Shown here in pieces: positions 22,801 to 33,905 of a stretch of 43,939 nucleotides of DNA (the stretch's first letter is position 1; every line of letters starts with the position of its first letter). Source of the DNA: Chiloscyllium plagiosum (Eukaryota); NCBI RefSeq assembly GCF_004010195.1, contig NC_057719.1:81285564-81329502 (forward strand), in the 5' to 3' direction. The position numbers and the translations under genes were made by a program. The notes beneath the pieces are model-generated. The model was given only the letters and a program-made list of their open reading frames with translations, made no database searches and was not told the origin of the DNA.

Positions 22801-23516
22801 TAAGGCCGATACAGAGAGCTTGTTGCTACGTCCCACAAGCCCCCTTTCAGTTAGTGCCCTGTATCACCTACTGGGTGGCAGGGCCTGGCAGGATATTAGC
22901 CAGTTTTGAGAGGTCTGGGAGCAAGAGCTAGGAGTGGAGATCTCTTCTGAAACATGGGAGAACATATGGGAGAATACTCGAAAAATCTCAATCTGTAATA
23001 GGACATGCGCTATGCAGTTAAAAGTTCTGCACAGGGTTCATCTGGCACCAGACCATCTGGCGAAGTTTAAAAAAAAAGGGGCATCTTCAGTGTCCCAAAT
23101 GTAAAATAAGTGTAGGTACTCTTACCCATTGCTTCTGGACGTGCCACAGGCTCAGTGTTTATTGGAGCGCTGTGGCGGGAGAGATAGGGAGGGTATTGAG
23201 GACTGAAGTCAAAGTCGACCCGCTATCTCTCCTCTTAGGTCAACCGAATTTACCATCTTTAAACAGGCATGGGAAGAAACTATTTAATATTCTTGCATAC
23301 TGTGCATGGAAGAATATTCTGATGAATTGGGTGTCTAAGAACCTGCCGGGCTTGCTGGTATGGCAGAAATTAATTATGGACCACATTCCCTTGGACTTTG
23401 TTTTTTAAACAAACATGGTGCACCACACAACAGACAATTTTTATAAGACATGGCAACCCTACTGGAATTATTTGGATATAGATTTGTCAGTTATCTTAAC
23501 TAGGGCATTTGTTTAA
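19814..23516 (+). pseudogene. L1 ORF2p (APE endonuclease, reverse transcriptase, Cys-rich C-terminus), frameshifted
   Basis: TWNIK...LLQETHL (APE); SGKAPGPDGLPGEFYK, SLDAEKAFDRVEW, LYADD and SGYKINFAKS (RT); a CPKCK..GTLTHCFWTC-like zinc motif at ~23090-23145. Many indels and stops, plus an 11-N gap at 20196-20206. Confidence 0.95.
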
Positions 23517-23989
23517 CCAGGATGATTAGATTTGTCAAGCCCTGGGCCCTGGAGGGAGTCGCCCAAGTTAATACGGGTATGTATACAATGCTCCCATTCC
23601 TTTGTTCTGTATTTTGTGTTTTTTTTGTTTCTTTTTGCTTTTCTTTTTTTGGTGTTGCTTTGCACAGTGTTAGGGTTTGCTTTGTATTTTAGGGTAGGTT
23701 AGCAGTTCGTAGATAGTAGTTGTATTGTAGTTTGTGTTTTTGTTTCTTTTTATTATACTGATATTTGTTATTGATGGTTTTTTCAATAATTTTATATGTT
23801 TGTAAAGTTAAAAAATTTGCTAATAAATATATTTACCAAAAAAAATCATCTAGAGCCGAAAGATAGCTAGTTTATTTACCCTTTCCACTTGCTGTAAGTG
23901 GACACTTAATTTTCAGGCAAAGATCTTTATAAAGTAGTAACCAATCTCCCTGTGCCACCTGCAAAATGTTGAAAGTATCTGGAAAACGA

Positions 23990-24673
23990 CAGTAAGAAAC
24001 TACAGAAGGTTGCATGTACAGCCCAGATCATCACAGAAGCCAACCTTCCATCCACGGACTCCATTTACACAGCCCATTTCCACAAAAAGGCTGCTAAAAT
24101 CAAAGACCCATCACAACCTGGCAATGCTCTCCTTATAATCTCTTCTATCAAACAGAAGATTGAACACATGCACCAGCAGTTCAAGAACAGCTTCTTCCCT
24201 GCTGTTCCATGCTCTGTGGAATGTATCTTGTATATCTGTGTAGCTTTTTATCATTCTATGATCTGTATGTCCTTGCTTACTATGATTAGATTATTTAGTG
24301 TAGAAACAGGCCCTTTGGCCCAACAAGTCCACACCGACCCTCCGAAGACCAACACACCCAGACCCATTCCCCTACATTTACCCCTTCACCTAACACTACG
24401 GGCAATTTAGCATGGCCAATTCACCTAACCTGCACATTTTTGAACTGTGGGAGGAAACCGGAGCACCCGGAGAAAACCCACAGAGACACGGAGAGAATGT
24501 GCAAACTCCACAGACAGTTGCCTGAGGTGGGAATTGAACCCAGGTCTCTGGCGCTGTGAGGCAGCTGTGCTAACCACTGTGCCACCATGCCGCCCATAAT
24601 CTGCCAGTACCACTCATAAACAAAGCTTTTCGCTGTACTTAAGTAGATGTGACAATAAATCAAAAATCAATCA
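23990..24673 (+). mobile_element. Rex1/Babar-clade LINE 3' fragment, interrupted by an HE1 SINE
   Basis: KKLQKVACTAQIITEANLPSTDSIYT...KAAKIKDPSQPG...FKNSFFPAV matches the Rex1 C-terminal pattern. Tail is AAGCTTTTCGCTGTAC..GTGACAATAAATCAAAAATCAATCAA. Confidence 0.8.
24284..24595 (-). mobile_element. Full-length HE1-type V-SINE
   Basis: Minus-strand head GGGCGGCATGGTGGCACAGTGGTTAGC...GGGTTCAATTCC (A and B boxes), V domain and CR1-like tail. Confidence 0.93.
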
Positions 24674-25437
24674 AGAAAAACTGATCAGCACAATAATCCT
24701 CTCAGCAAATCCAGTAGACAGATCACTTAACTGCCTTTCTAGTCTTTCCCTTCTCCTATAACAGCCAGTTCTTTGCCTCTTGTTTGCATGCAGTTGGGGG
24801 AGTAGGAGGCTACAAGGGTCGTAGAATTTTAAATGATAGAATTATGTGTCAATGATTCATACTTGTTTGTAGCTACAGACTATTTATTTGTAGCTAATAA
24901 TAATTCTCAGTAAATACAGAAACCTGGTACATGCTCTCTGTCAACCTGAGTCTAAAAGATCTGTAAATTGGAGAATTCAGTATTTTTTTTGTGAAGTACA
25001 TTTAACTTGTGGGACAATTCTAGAAATAGAAGGGATCAATTTCAGTGCGCTACTGCATTAAGGAATATCATTCCGCACTGTAATTTTACCTGTGCGTGCT
25101 TTTAATTAGACTACATTTATTTTCACTAATCACTTATAAACCATTTTTAAATTAATCTTGCTAATCTAATTTCTGCCTTTCCACATTATCAACTTCTTGG
25201 TCTTTGCTGAATTCTAAAATCATCCCATCTTCAAGACTGCCATACTTTTTTGGCAACATTTTAAGCCTCTTCCATTGATCTAATACCATTTTCAGCTCCA
25301 TATTTGGCCTTAGTAAACATAATTACTACATTGGCCTCATTATACACACTTTTAATATCCTGAATTATACTCTGTTCTACACAGCAACTACTGTTATGGA
25401 GGCCAATGAATAGCTCTTAACAACGTCTGCACCTCTC

Positions 25438-25884
25438 GAGGTCATGTTGCTGATGTAGAGGATATCGGTCCAGCCACTTTTGGAATATTGTGTGCAATTC
25501 TGGTCTCCCTATCAAAAGGATGTTGTTAAACTAGGAAGAGTTCAGAAAAGATTTATAAGGATGTTGCCACAGTTGGAGGATTTGAGCTATAAGGAGAACT
25601 AGAGGGCATAGGTTTAGGGTGAGAGGGGAAAGATTTAAAAGGGACCAAAGGGGCAACTTTTCCATACACGGTGGTGCGTGTATGGAATGACCTGCCAGCG
25701 GAACAGGAGGAGGCTGGTACTAATACAGCATTTAAAAGGCATCTGGATGGGTGCACAAATAGCAAGGGTTTAGAGGGATATGGGTCAAGTGCTGGAAAAT
25801 GGGACTAGATTAGGTGAGGATATTTGGGCTGCATGGACAGGTTGAATCGAAGAGTCTGTTCCTCTGCTGTATATCTCCATGACT
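25438..25884 (+). mobile_element. CR1/HER1 3' fragment with an internal deletion
   Basis: PLLEYCVQFWSPY..DVVKLGRVQKRFIRMLP; tail CTGCTGTATATCTCCATGACT. Confidence 0.9.
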
Positions 25885-25899
25885 AAAATATGTCACAAT

Positions 25900-26486
25900 A
25901 TTGCAAGGTTGTGAAAAGTCCAATATCAATGTCTTTCTTTTTCATTACATATATTGTAGTGCATTTAATTTGTTTGTCAAGATGAAACCAGATTAAAAAC
26001 TTTGGAACAATGTGTACATTGCAATGCAAGATGGATGTCGGTAGTGCACTCTTATGTACAATATCACAAACAATAACAACATTCTTATTAAAGATCTTTT
26101 GTAAGACAATTCATGAATATTTTGTGAGCTACACTGTAAATAATTCATATTATTAAGGATCAATAGTTGGTGACACATATCCTTATGTTAGCACAAAAAT
26201 CTCAGTTTCAAGACTCAGGGATTTTCTTAATTTTCTGAAACAACTACAGATGGAGATGTGAGAAACTTGGGCTTCAGTTCATCTCAGTGTGCACTGGATG
26301 ACAGTATAAATATTCTTGAGTAGCATACACAATGCAAAGCCACCCAGGATTATGGTAGCCTTTGCACATAGCAACCCACAGCGCCAGACTAGTGCTGCAC
26401 TATTGTCTATGACCTTGTGATTTACTTCTGCATAGTCAACACGGAAATCACAAATACAGTCAAATTCCAACGTAAACTTTTTTCTC
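25900..26486 (+). repeat. Local duplication 2, copy A (~590 bp)
   Basis: Nearly identical to 27765-28357, with about 9 substitutions and 2 small indels counted by eye. Confidence 0.97.
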
Positions 26487-27079
26487 TCTGTACTGTACAG
26501 TTGTTTCATTGCAGATTGAAAATCATTTTTAAAGCTCAAAAAGCAGTAGAGCCTGTTAAAGTTATTAGATCAAGTCATGAAGACATATCATTACTTGTAC
26601 ATCCATAGTACATGAATTTGGCTTCAAGTGATGTAGTACAGTCAGCTGCATTGCACTAGTTACAAACAGGAATCTCTGGATCACTTTTAATCAGCAACTT
26701 TTGCGCAAGATGTTTTTCTCCCCAAAATCAATACAGTCACTTAATGAACGATTACAATGCCGTATTCATCCTCTTTGGATTTTTTGAAAAATGTAATAGA
26801 ATCTTCTAATAAGTTACCAATATGGCTTTCTTGCTATTTCTAGGCTATAATACATTAGTTTATTGTTCAAGTTCCAATAATAAAGGATATATAGCTGACA
26901 TTAGTTTGTCAGGATTGAAGATGTCAATCATGTGGAGAAGCTCAATTGTTCTTTTCAAAACAGAGAATATTATGAAGAGATTTAACAGAATTTGCAAACT
27001 GACGCAGGTTTCCATTGGTAGCAGGATCGCTATTGAATGTACTATTGAATGATCACTATTGAAATGACTTGGGGCATTT

Positions 27080-27515
27080 TTAAAAATCAGCTCATTCGTG
27101 GGACATGGGCACTATTGTGGTGCCCATCCCTAATTGCTCTGGAAATGATGATCAGCTGCTGTCTTTTGACCTCAGGATATTGGAAGACCCACAGTGCTGT
27201 GAGGAAAAGAGATTAAGAATTTGGACACAGCAATAGTAATTCCAAATCAAGATGGTGTATGGCTTCTATTGGAATTTTACAGATGGTGGTGTCCCCATGC
27301 AACTGCAGCCCTTATTCTTCTAAATATTAAAAGTGGAACATTTGGAAGTTGCTATGGAAGGAAATTTGATGAGTTACAGCAGTATATCTTGTAGCTAGCA
27401 CAAACTACTGCAATTGTGTATCAGTGATCAATGGAGTGAACAATGAGGATGGTGGAATTGGTGTCTGTTGTGGGTTACTTTGTCCTGCAATGGTGTCAAG
27501 ATTGTTCAGTGTTTT
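27080..27515 (-). mobile_element. Decayed CR1/L2-group LINE 3' end
   Basis: CATTCGTGGGACATGGGC..TGCCCATCCCTAATTGC..ACCCACAGTGCTGT; same family as 3172-3387. Confidence 0.65.
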
Positions 27516-27764
27516 GACAGTGAATATTTTGTTCAGAAAGTGTGGAAACAAATTTTCCTAAAAGATTCATATACTTGAAATAAAAAAGGTATTGAGAAAG
27601 AGAATTGGAGTGAGTCTAAATGGATAGTTCTTTCGTAGAGCTGGCACAGGCATGAGAGGTTGGATTGTCTACTTTTGTGGCATACAGTTCTAACCTTAGG
27701 AGCCTCTCAATGGGCAAAAGGCCATAATGAATCAAACATTCAGTTCTTGACTGACAAGGTTAAA

Positions 27765-28357
27765 ATTGCAAGGTTGTGAAAAGTCCAATATCAATGTCTT
27801 TCTTTTTCATTACATATACTGTAGTGCATTTAATTTGTTTGTCAAGATGAAACCAGATTAAACACTTTGGAACAATGTGTACGTTGCAATGCAAGATGGA
27901 TGTCAGTAGTGCACTCTTATGTACAATATCACAAACAATAACAACATTCTTATTAAAGATCTTTTGTAAGACAATTCATGAATATTTTGTGAGCTACACT
28001 GTAAATAATTCATATTATTAAGGATCAATAGTTGGTGACACATATCCTTATGTTAGCACAAAAATCTCAGTTTCAAGACTCAGGGATTTTCTTAATTTTC
28101 TGAAACAACTACAGATGGAGATGTGAGAAATTTGGGCTTCAGTTCATCTCAGTATGCACTGGATGACAGTATAAATATTCTTGAGTAGCATACACAATGC
28201 AAAGCCACCCAGGATTATGGTAGCACTGCCTTTTCACATAGCAACCCACAGCGCCAGACAAGTGCTGCACTATTGTCTATGACCTTGTGATTTACTTCTG
28301 CATAGTCAACACGGAAATCACAATTACAGTCAAATTCCAACGTAAACTTTTTTTCTC
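27765..28357 (+). repeat. Local duplication 2, copy B
   Basis: Nearly identical to 25900-26486, offset by 1865 bp. Confidence 0.97.
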
Positions 28358-29659
28358 CGTTTGAGTGAGGGTGTGAATGGTTGACAGAGATTTATCACTG
28401 ACTCCTTTCTCTGTTAATATTGACCACTGGCGTTGAGGCCTGAGGGATGGTGGTGGAGATCAAGTACAACGGAAAAATAAAATCAGGTGGTGAATACAGA
28501 CTATCAACTTAAAATTTTACATCTCCCTAGTGGTTCATCTACACATTTTGGCTTGTGCTTCAAATAGAGTAATGTGAATTTTCACTGCCTCCAGCAAGAA
28601 CTGTACAAAACTTTTATGTTCGATTATGGTTACAGACTAATTATGCACAGGATTAGATTTATTTTTTGATAAGAATGGTTATTATTTTCATGACCTGCAA
28701 CATTAGCATCTTAATTGGACTGAAAGCAAGAGGCTTTTATACAATTGCACTTCCAAAAGAATATCCACTCAAGGAAAGGTCAATTATCATTATTTACTGC
28801 TCCTCCTAAATTTCTGTTTTCTATATCAGTATGCACTGCTAAATAATACCTGGACTTCTGTTCAAAACAGAGAAAAAACTGTGTTGCTCGCTATGTTGTT
28901 CTATAAATGACACAAAGTTTGAACATGTCCCACCTCTCTCATGTATCTGCAAATAGTGCATTGTGATCAAGAACTAGTGCTGAGTGATGGCAAACTCACT
29001 TTTACACTAATAATGTCCTGGCTAAGACATGTGATGAAAGTGCTGATAAAGAGTTAAGGTCCTCACAATTGTTCGTAATCCTCAGCCTGATGTAAAGTTG
29101 GTATCTCACACTGCTTTTGATGTAAAAGATCAACACACGATGCAGAATTTTATTAACTATGCCAAAGTAAACACTCATATTATGCAGACTAATGAACCAT
29201 AAACGTTGGGATGGGAATGAATATGCACGATTTAAATCACAATGACCGATGCAGTGCAAAATCCCAAAGGGATTGCACGTTGTTTCCATTTTCTGTAAAT
29301 GACTTGACTTCCTGAAATTGGATAATGCATAGTTGTTGTAGAAGCAACATTAAGGGAATGCTTTGGATATCATGTACTTTATGCATGATCCAATTTCTCC
29401 AATTTCAATTTCCAGACAAGAACACCACACTAAAAAGGACCATATTATCACAGATAGTTGCCCCACTTAACAGTTATTGCCATAAACATGTAAATCAACA
29501 TTATTTCTAAAGTTAAAGTGCTTTTGAAAAGGAGTTGGTAAAAGTATAGAGAATGTACTAAGTTGCAAGGATACAATCTGAGGCCTTAAGTTACACAGAA
29601 AAGCTGTAGAGTGTGCAAGCTAGTAAACACAAGAATATTGGTCAACAGTCCTTTAATAG

Positions 29660-29870
29660 TCATGTTTTCCTGGATGACCAATCGAACACAATGAACTGTA
29701 ACAAGTGGAGTGCCATAGGGAACAACCATTTATAATCTATAATAATGTGTTGGACGGAGCATACTGTAGCAAATTTGCTGACTGTGAAGGTAGATAGGAA
29801 AGCTGGTCGTGATGTTGCTACAATCTGCAAAGGACATAAATAAGTTTTTAAAATATTGGCAGATGGAGGG
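29660..29870 (+). mobile_element. Very old CR1 RT fragment
   Basis: GTAACAAGTGGAGTGCCATAGGG (VTSGVP*G), AGCAAATTTGCTGAC (SKFAD) and CTGCAAAGGACATAAA. Confidence 0.6.
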
Positions 29871-30469
29871 ATGAGAGAGAGGGAGAGCACACCCAGAGAA
29901 GAGCGAAAGTTCAAACCTGTCAACAAAAGGAAACAAGGGTTAGGAAAACTTGAGATCATGGGGATCAAACATTACTTGTAAATGAACATGGTATCTCGAG
30001 TTGAAGGCTGCATTTGTTCAAACTCTTTGGGGGAACTTGCAGTGAATGCTTCTGCAATGAACACTTCTGTCAATTGCTAAATTTTAAGTTTGAGATTCAG
30101 ATGCAGTTAAAAAGGTAATAACTACCTGGTTAAAATATTCCTGATTAAGTTAACACGCAATGGAAATGCATTAGCTGTGATCTCAAGTCTCCTGAAGACT
30201 GTTGAAAATGATGGGGTTTTTTTTGTTTACAATTATGTGTCAGTTCAAATATTGTATCTAGGAAATTATTGCTTTCCTTATGTGCTGTGACTTTTTAAAA
30301 ATTCTGTGATTTCTGCTTCTGTGAGAATTCAAATACCTATTTGTCAACACAGACACAGAGGTTAGGTTATCTAGATTCAGGAGTTGTACCTTTGGATTGG
30401 AAACTTGCTTATGTCACTCCACTCTAAGACAGGTTACAGAGGGGAAACAGATCTGTTAGATTAACATCT

Positions 30470-31045
30470 GTGGTGGGGAAATTGTCAGAGTCTACAATCA
30501 AGTATAGGGTAACTGATCATCTCGAAAAATTTCAATTAGTTAGGGAGAGTCAGCATGGATTCATGAAGGGTAGGCCGTACCTGACAAACCTTAATTGTTT
30601 TTGAAGAGGTGACAAAGGTGGCAGACATGGGTAAATCAAAAGATGTTGTTTGTATGGATTTCCAGCAAGCTTTTGATAAAGTCCCACACAAGACACTATG
30701 AGCCAAGGACTTGAGGGCAAGCCATTGGTATGTACAGTTGATTAAGGATTTATATTGGGGGATGTAGCTAGCAGCGTCCACAGGGATCTGTGTTAGGGTC
30801 TCAATTATTTAGACCACATTTATAGAATACTGAGAGCAGATTGGGGCACCACACCTTAAGATGGATGTTTTAGGCCTGGAGGGAGTTCAATGCAGGTTTA
30901 TAAAAAGGTGCTAAGTTATGAGGAGAGATTAGACAACTACGCCTTTAGCTCTCAGAATTTAGAGAGCTATGGATGATCTAATTCAGGTAGAGTGGCAGAG
31001 CAGGCTCGAGGGGCTGAATGGACTACACCTATTCCTATGTTCCTA
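30470..31045 (+). mobile_element. Old CR1 fragment with multiple deletions
   Basis: RESQHGFMKGRPYLTNL..FEEVTK..DVVCMDFQQAFDKVPHK; tail GAGGGGCTGAATGGACTACACCTATTCCTATGTTCCTA. Confidence 0.85.
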
Positions 31046-31389
31046 ATGTTACTACACGATTGCATCATCAAATTATGAATTTATAAGAATGAATAAATAG
31101 CCCTTGAAAACTAAAAATGTTGCTCTCAAAAATTGGCCCAGAAAAAAATTATGCCCTGCATTCTTCACTCAGAAGGCAGGATAAGCACCAAACTCAGAGG
31201 CTGGTATATTGTGTGTTGTCAACTGTATCAGATGGCAGAAAGAAGCAGTCTTAGTAATGACATACATCATTCATTCCCTACTCCAATAACAAATGGGAGA
31301 TTTTGAGGCAAATAGTTATTTTTGGTTGCATGAAACCACTTACTACCACTTTAAGATGGTTATCTGAATTATCAGAAAATAATTCTGCT

Positions 31390-31780
31390 CCTAGATATGT
31401 ATGGCCACCAGTAGCATCTATAATGTCCTTGTGCAGTACAAGCTTGTTTGCGCATGTTCACTCAGAAACTGAACCCCAGGCCACAGACACCTACTTTGAA
31501 GCATGAGAGAAAATAGGCCCTTTATAAAGCATCTGGAAAATTAAAGTTCCTCTTCCAACTGCAAAACACCAGTCTACCCATCGATTAAGATCAATGAGGA
31601 AATCCTGAAAACATAGACCATTTTTATTCCTAAAGACGCCAAACATACCCACAGACTTATGCAGGAGATCGCCTCCTCTAGTTTGAAATACACATCAATA
31701 ATAAAAATCTTTATTATCTTCAATAGACCAGTTCAGCCTTCAGCTGACTAAGGAAGAAAGTATATTGGAAGTCCATAAAC
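31390..31780 (+). mobile_element. Possible decayed RTE-clade LINE RT fragment
   Basis: AHVHSETEPQATDTYFEA*EKIG and IKINEEILK..DHF resemble the RTE pattern AHSExELQ...EAYERxGL...IxINGExLExVDHF. Confidence 0.45.
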
Positions 31781-31794
31781 ACATCAACAGCAGT

Positions 31795-32160
31795 ACATCT
31801 CATCAGCCCTTTGTTACCTCCCCAATAAACTCCAGCAAATTAAGTAAACATGATTTTCCTTTCAGAAATCCATGCCAACTATCCTTAATTAACATGTGAC
31901 TATGAATTACTGCTTCTAGTAGTGCCCTATCACCAAAGTTAAGCTGACTGCTATATAATTGCTAGCCTTATCCTTGTACTTTTTTTTTATTACAAAGGAC
32001 ATGTTGTTTGCAATTCTCCAGCCCTCTGACACCACCCAGAATCTAAGAAAGGCTGAAAAATTATGGTCAGTTCTTCTGCATCACCCGATCACTCAATCTC
32101 ACAACTCATCACCTTTAACTAATGACAGCTTGTTGATTATCTCCTTGTCAATTTTAAACT
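31795..32160 (-). mobile_element. Old CR1 fragment (RT N-terminal side)
   Basis: Minus strand: GGCATGGATTTCTGAAAGGAAAATCATGTTTACTTAATTTGCTGGAG (HGFLKGKSCLLNLLE) and AATTATATAGCAGTCAGCTTAAC (NY..VSLT). Confidence 0.7.
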
Positions 32161-32194
32161 CCTCTAGTGAAGGGTTTTGAAATGTAGTTATATG

Positions 32195-32828
32195 TATAAA
32201 ATATATAAAGCACCACTATCAATTTACACACAAGATCCCACTAACAACAAGATATTGGCCAAATAAATATTGGTTAGGACATCACTGAAAACTCCCCAGC
32301 TGTGTTTCAAATTAGTATCATGAAATCTTTTATATTCATCCAAGTTGGGTCCTCAATTTAACATCTCAGCCAAAACAGGATCCCCAACAGTACAATATAC
32401 TGTGCAATATTGGAGCAGCAACCTAGCATTTCTGTTCAGCCCTCCAAAGCGGATTAAACCCACAATTTCTAACTGAACTGGAGTGCTAACAATTGGGGGG
32501 GGGGGGGCACGGTGGCTCAGCGGTTAGCACTGCTGCCTCACAGCACCAGGGTCTCAGGTTCGATTCCAGCCTCGGGCGACTGTCTGTGTCGTGTTTGCAC
32601 ATTCTCTCTATGTCTGTGAGGGTTACCCCTCCGGTTTCCTCCGCAATCCAAAGATGTGCAGGTCAGGTGAATTGGCCATGCTAAATTGCCTAGAGTGTTA
32701 GGTGCACTAGTCAGAGGGGAAATGGGTCTGGATGGGTTACTCTTCGGAGGGTCGGTGTGGATTGGTTGGGCCGAAGGGCCTGTTTCCACACTGTAGGGAA
32801 TCCAATCTATATTGAGCCAAGGTTGATA
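32195..32828 (-). mobile_element. Decayed SacSINE1/Deu-domain SINE whose head is split by an HE1 insertion
   Basis: CCTCAATTTAACATCTCA, AAATATTGGTTAGGACA and CACACAAGATCCCAC are the reverse complement of Deu motifs. The head remainder TGAGCCAAGG is at 32813-32822. Confidence 0.65.
32495..32809 (+). mobile_element. Full-length HE1-type V-SINE preceded by a G13 run
   Basis: GGCACGGTGGCTCAGCGGTTAGC (A box), GGTTCGATTCC (B box), V domain and tail GGGAATCCAATCTA. ATTG flanks both sides. Confidence 0.93.
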
Positions 32829-33602
32829 AAGCTATTAAGGCATTAACTGCAGGAATACAGACCTTATGTCTACAAAATTATTTCACACTAAGTATTTATG
32901 CATTTGAGAATACAACAATACTGTGCAATTATGATCTATAATTTGAAGCAAAGCAAAACATTAAAAATGTTTCATTAAACAATAGATTCACATTTCTTTT
33001 ACTCCGATTTTAAGCCTCCTTGGTTGTCATAGTAATCCTTTTTGCAGGTATGGATTGGCAAACAAGAGCGATACACCCATCAGTGAGTGTCAAATGTATA
33101 TTCTCAAACATGTATTGAATTTTAGTGTCAGAAATTCCACGTCTGCAAGTAAACTATTGATCAACTTCTTCCCATCATCCTCTGCCTCGCTCACATGGTC
33201 ATTCTTTGTGGACACTTGGATAGGAAGTGTCATTATACACTTCGACAGAGGTTGGTGATCTTGTGCAGACTCCCTGGGACAGCAGAGGAAGCAGATCATG
33301 CTATATATTTTAAGATACTGACAAATACAATAATTGAAGATTTTCAGAGAATAGGTCATAGAGGAAATCACTGACCTTTGGAATTATCTATATAATGCAC
33401 TGGACAGTTCAAATTCTGCAAACACTGCGACATATCTGAGTAAGACATAAGGGCTGTTAAGTATATATGATGGCAAACTACATGTTAACGTGCACTCTGA
33501 GATCCATCCCAAGTGCTTCATAGATTTCATAGAGAATATCACAATAATTCGGCTGAATCTCTAATATTAACCTGCAAGGATAGAATACTATCAAGTAGAT
33601 AA

Positions 33603-33703
33603 AGTAGGTTTTGTCCATCCTCTGACTGGTGAGGGAGTGCCTTTTGGATGAGACATTAAAAGAGGCACTCCCTCAACAATCAGAGGGATGGACAAAACCC
33701 ACT
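33603..33703. repeat. Inverted repeat/hairpin with ~43-bp arms and a ~14-nt loop
   Basis: Left arm AGTAGGTTTTGTCCATCC-TCTGACTGGTGAGGGAGTGCCTTTT versus the reverse complement of the right arm, AGTGGGTTTTGTCCATCCCTCTGATTGTTGAGGGAGTGCCTCTT. Confidence 0.93.
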
Positions 33704-33905
33704 ATTCAAAAAGAGCACAGCCAGTTATTGTTTAACTAACAATAATAGATAACGGATTATCTAATCACATTGCATTGTTGTTTGTGGAAGCTCCTTTGGA
33801 CAATTTACTGCATTTCCTACATTACAATTGTAATTGCATTTCAAAAAGAATTAACTGGTTGTGAAACACTTTCATATATACCCAGGTCATAAAAATCATA
33901 ATTTA
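33628..33905 (+). mobile_element. SacSINE1/Deu-domain SINE fragment overlapping a long inverted repeat
   Basis: TTTTGGATGAGACATTAAAAGAGG...CACTATTCAAAAAGAGCA...GATTATCT..TTGTTTGTGG..CATTTCCTACATTACAA..TTCAAAAAG..TGGTTGTGAAACACTTT. Confidence 0.75.

Larger units (their letters stand above)
18080..23840 (+). mobile_element. Full-length, inactivated L1-clade LINE (~5.76 kb)
   Basis: Starts GGGGGACTCGGCAAGATGGCGGC and contains ORF1 and ORF2. AATAAA at 23822 is followed by a short A tail. TSD AAAAAGCATCT (18068-18078) / AAAAATCATCT (23841-23851) lies at a TT/AAAA site. Confidence 0.95.

Noticed and set aside
25900..28357. LTR pair of a TRIM/LTR retrotransposon
   Set aside because: There are no TG...CA termini, primer-binding site, polypurine tract or flanking TSD, and the interior holds old LINE fragments.
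29002..29289. 95-aa ATG-initiated ORF on the minus strand
   Set aside because: Its composition is typical of a random AT-rich ORF and it has no recognisable motif.
32505..32580. tRNA gene
   Set aside because: It is the tRNA-derived head of an HE1 SINE and continues into the V domain and tail.
33048..33371. Exon-like segments (plus-strand 35-nt micro-exon; minus-strand 93-aa ORF)
   Set aside because: The candidates are on conflicting strands and I recognise no homology, so sequence alone cannot support them.
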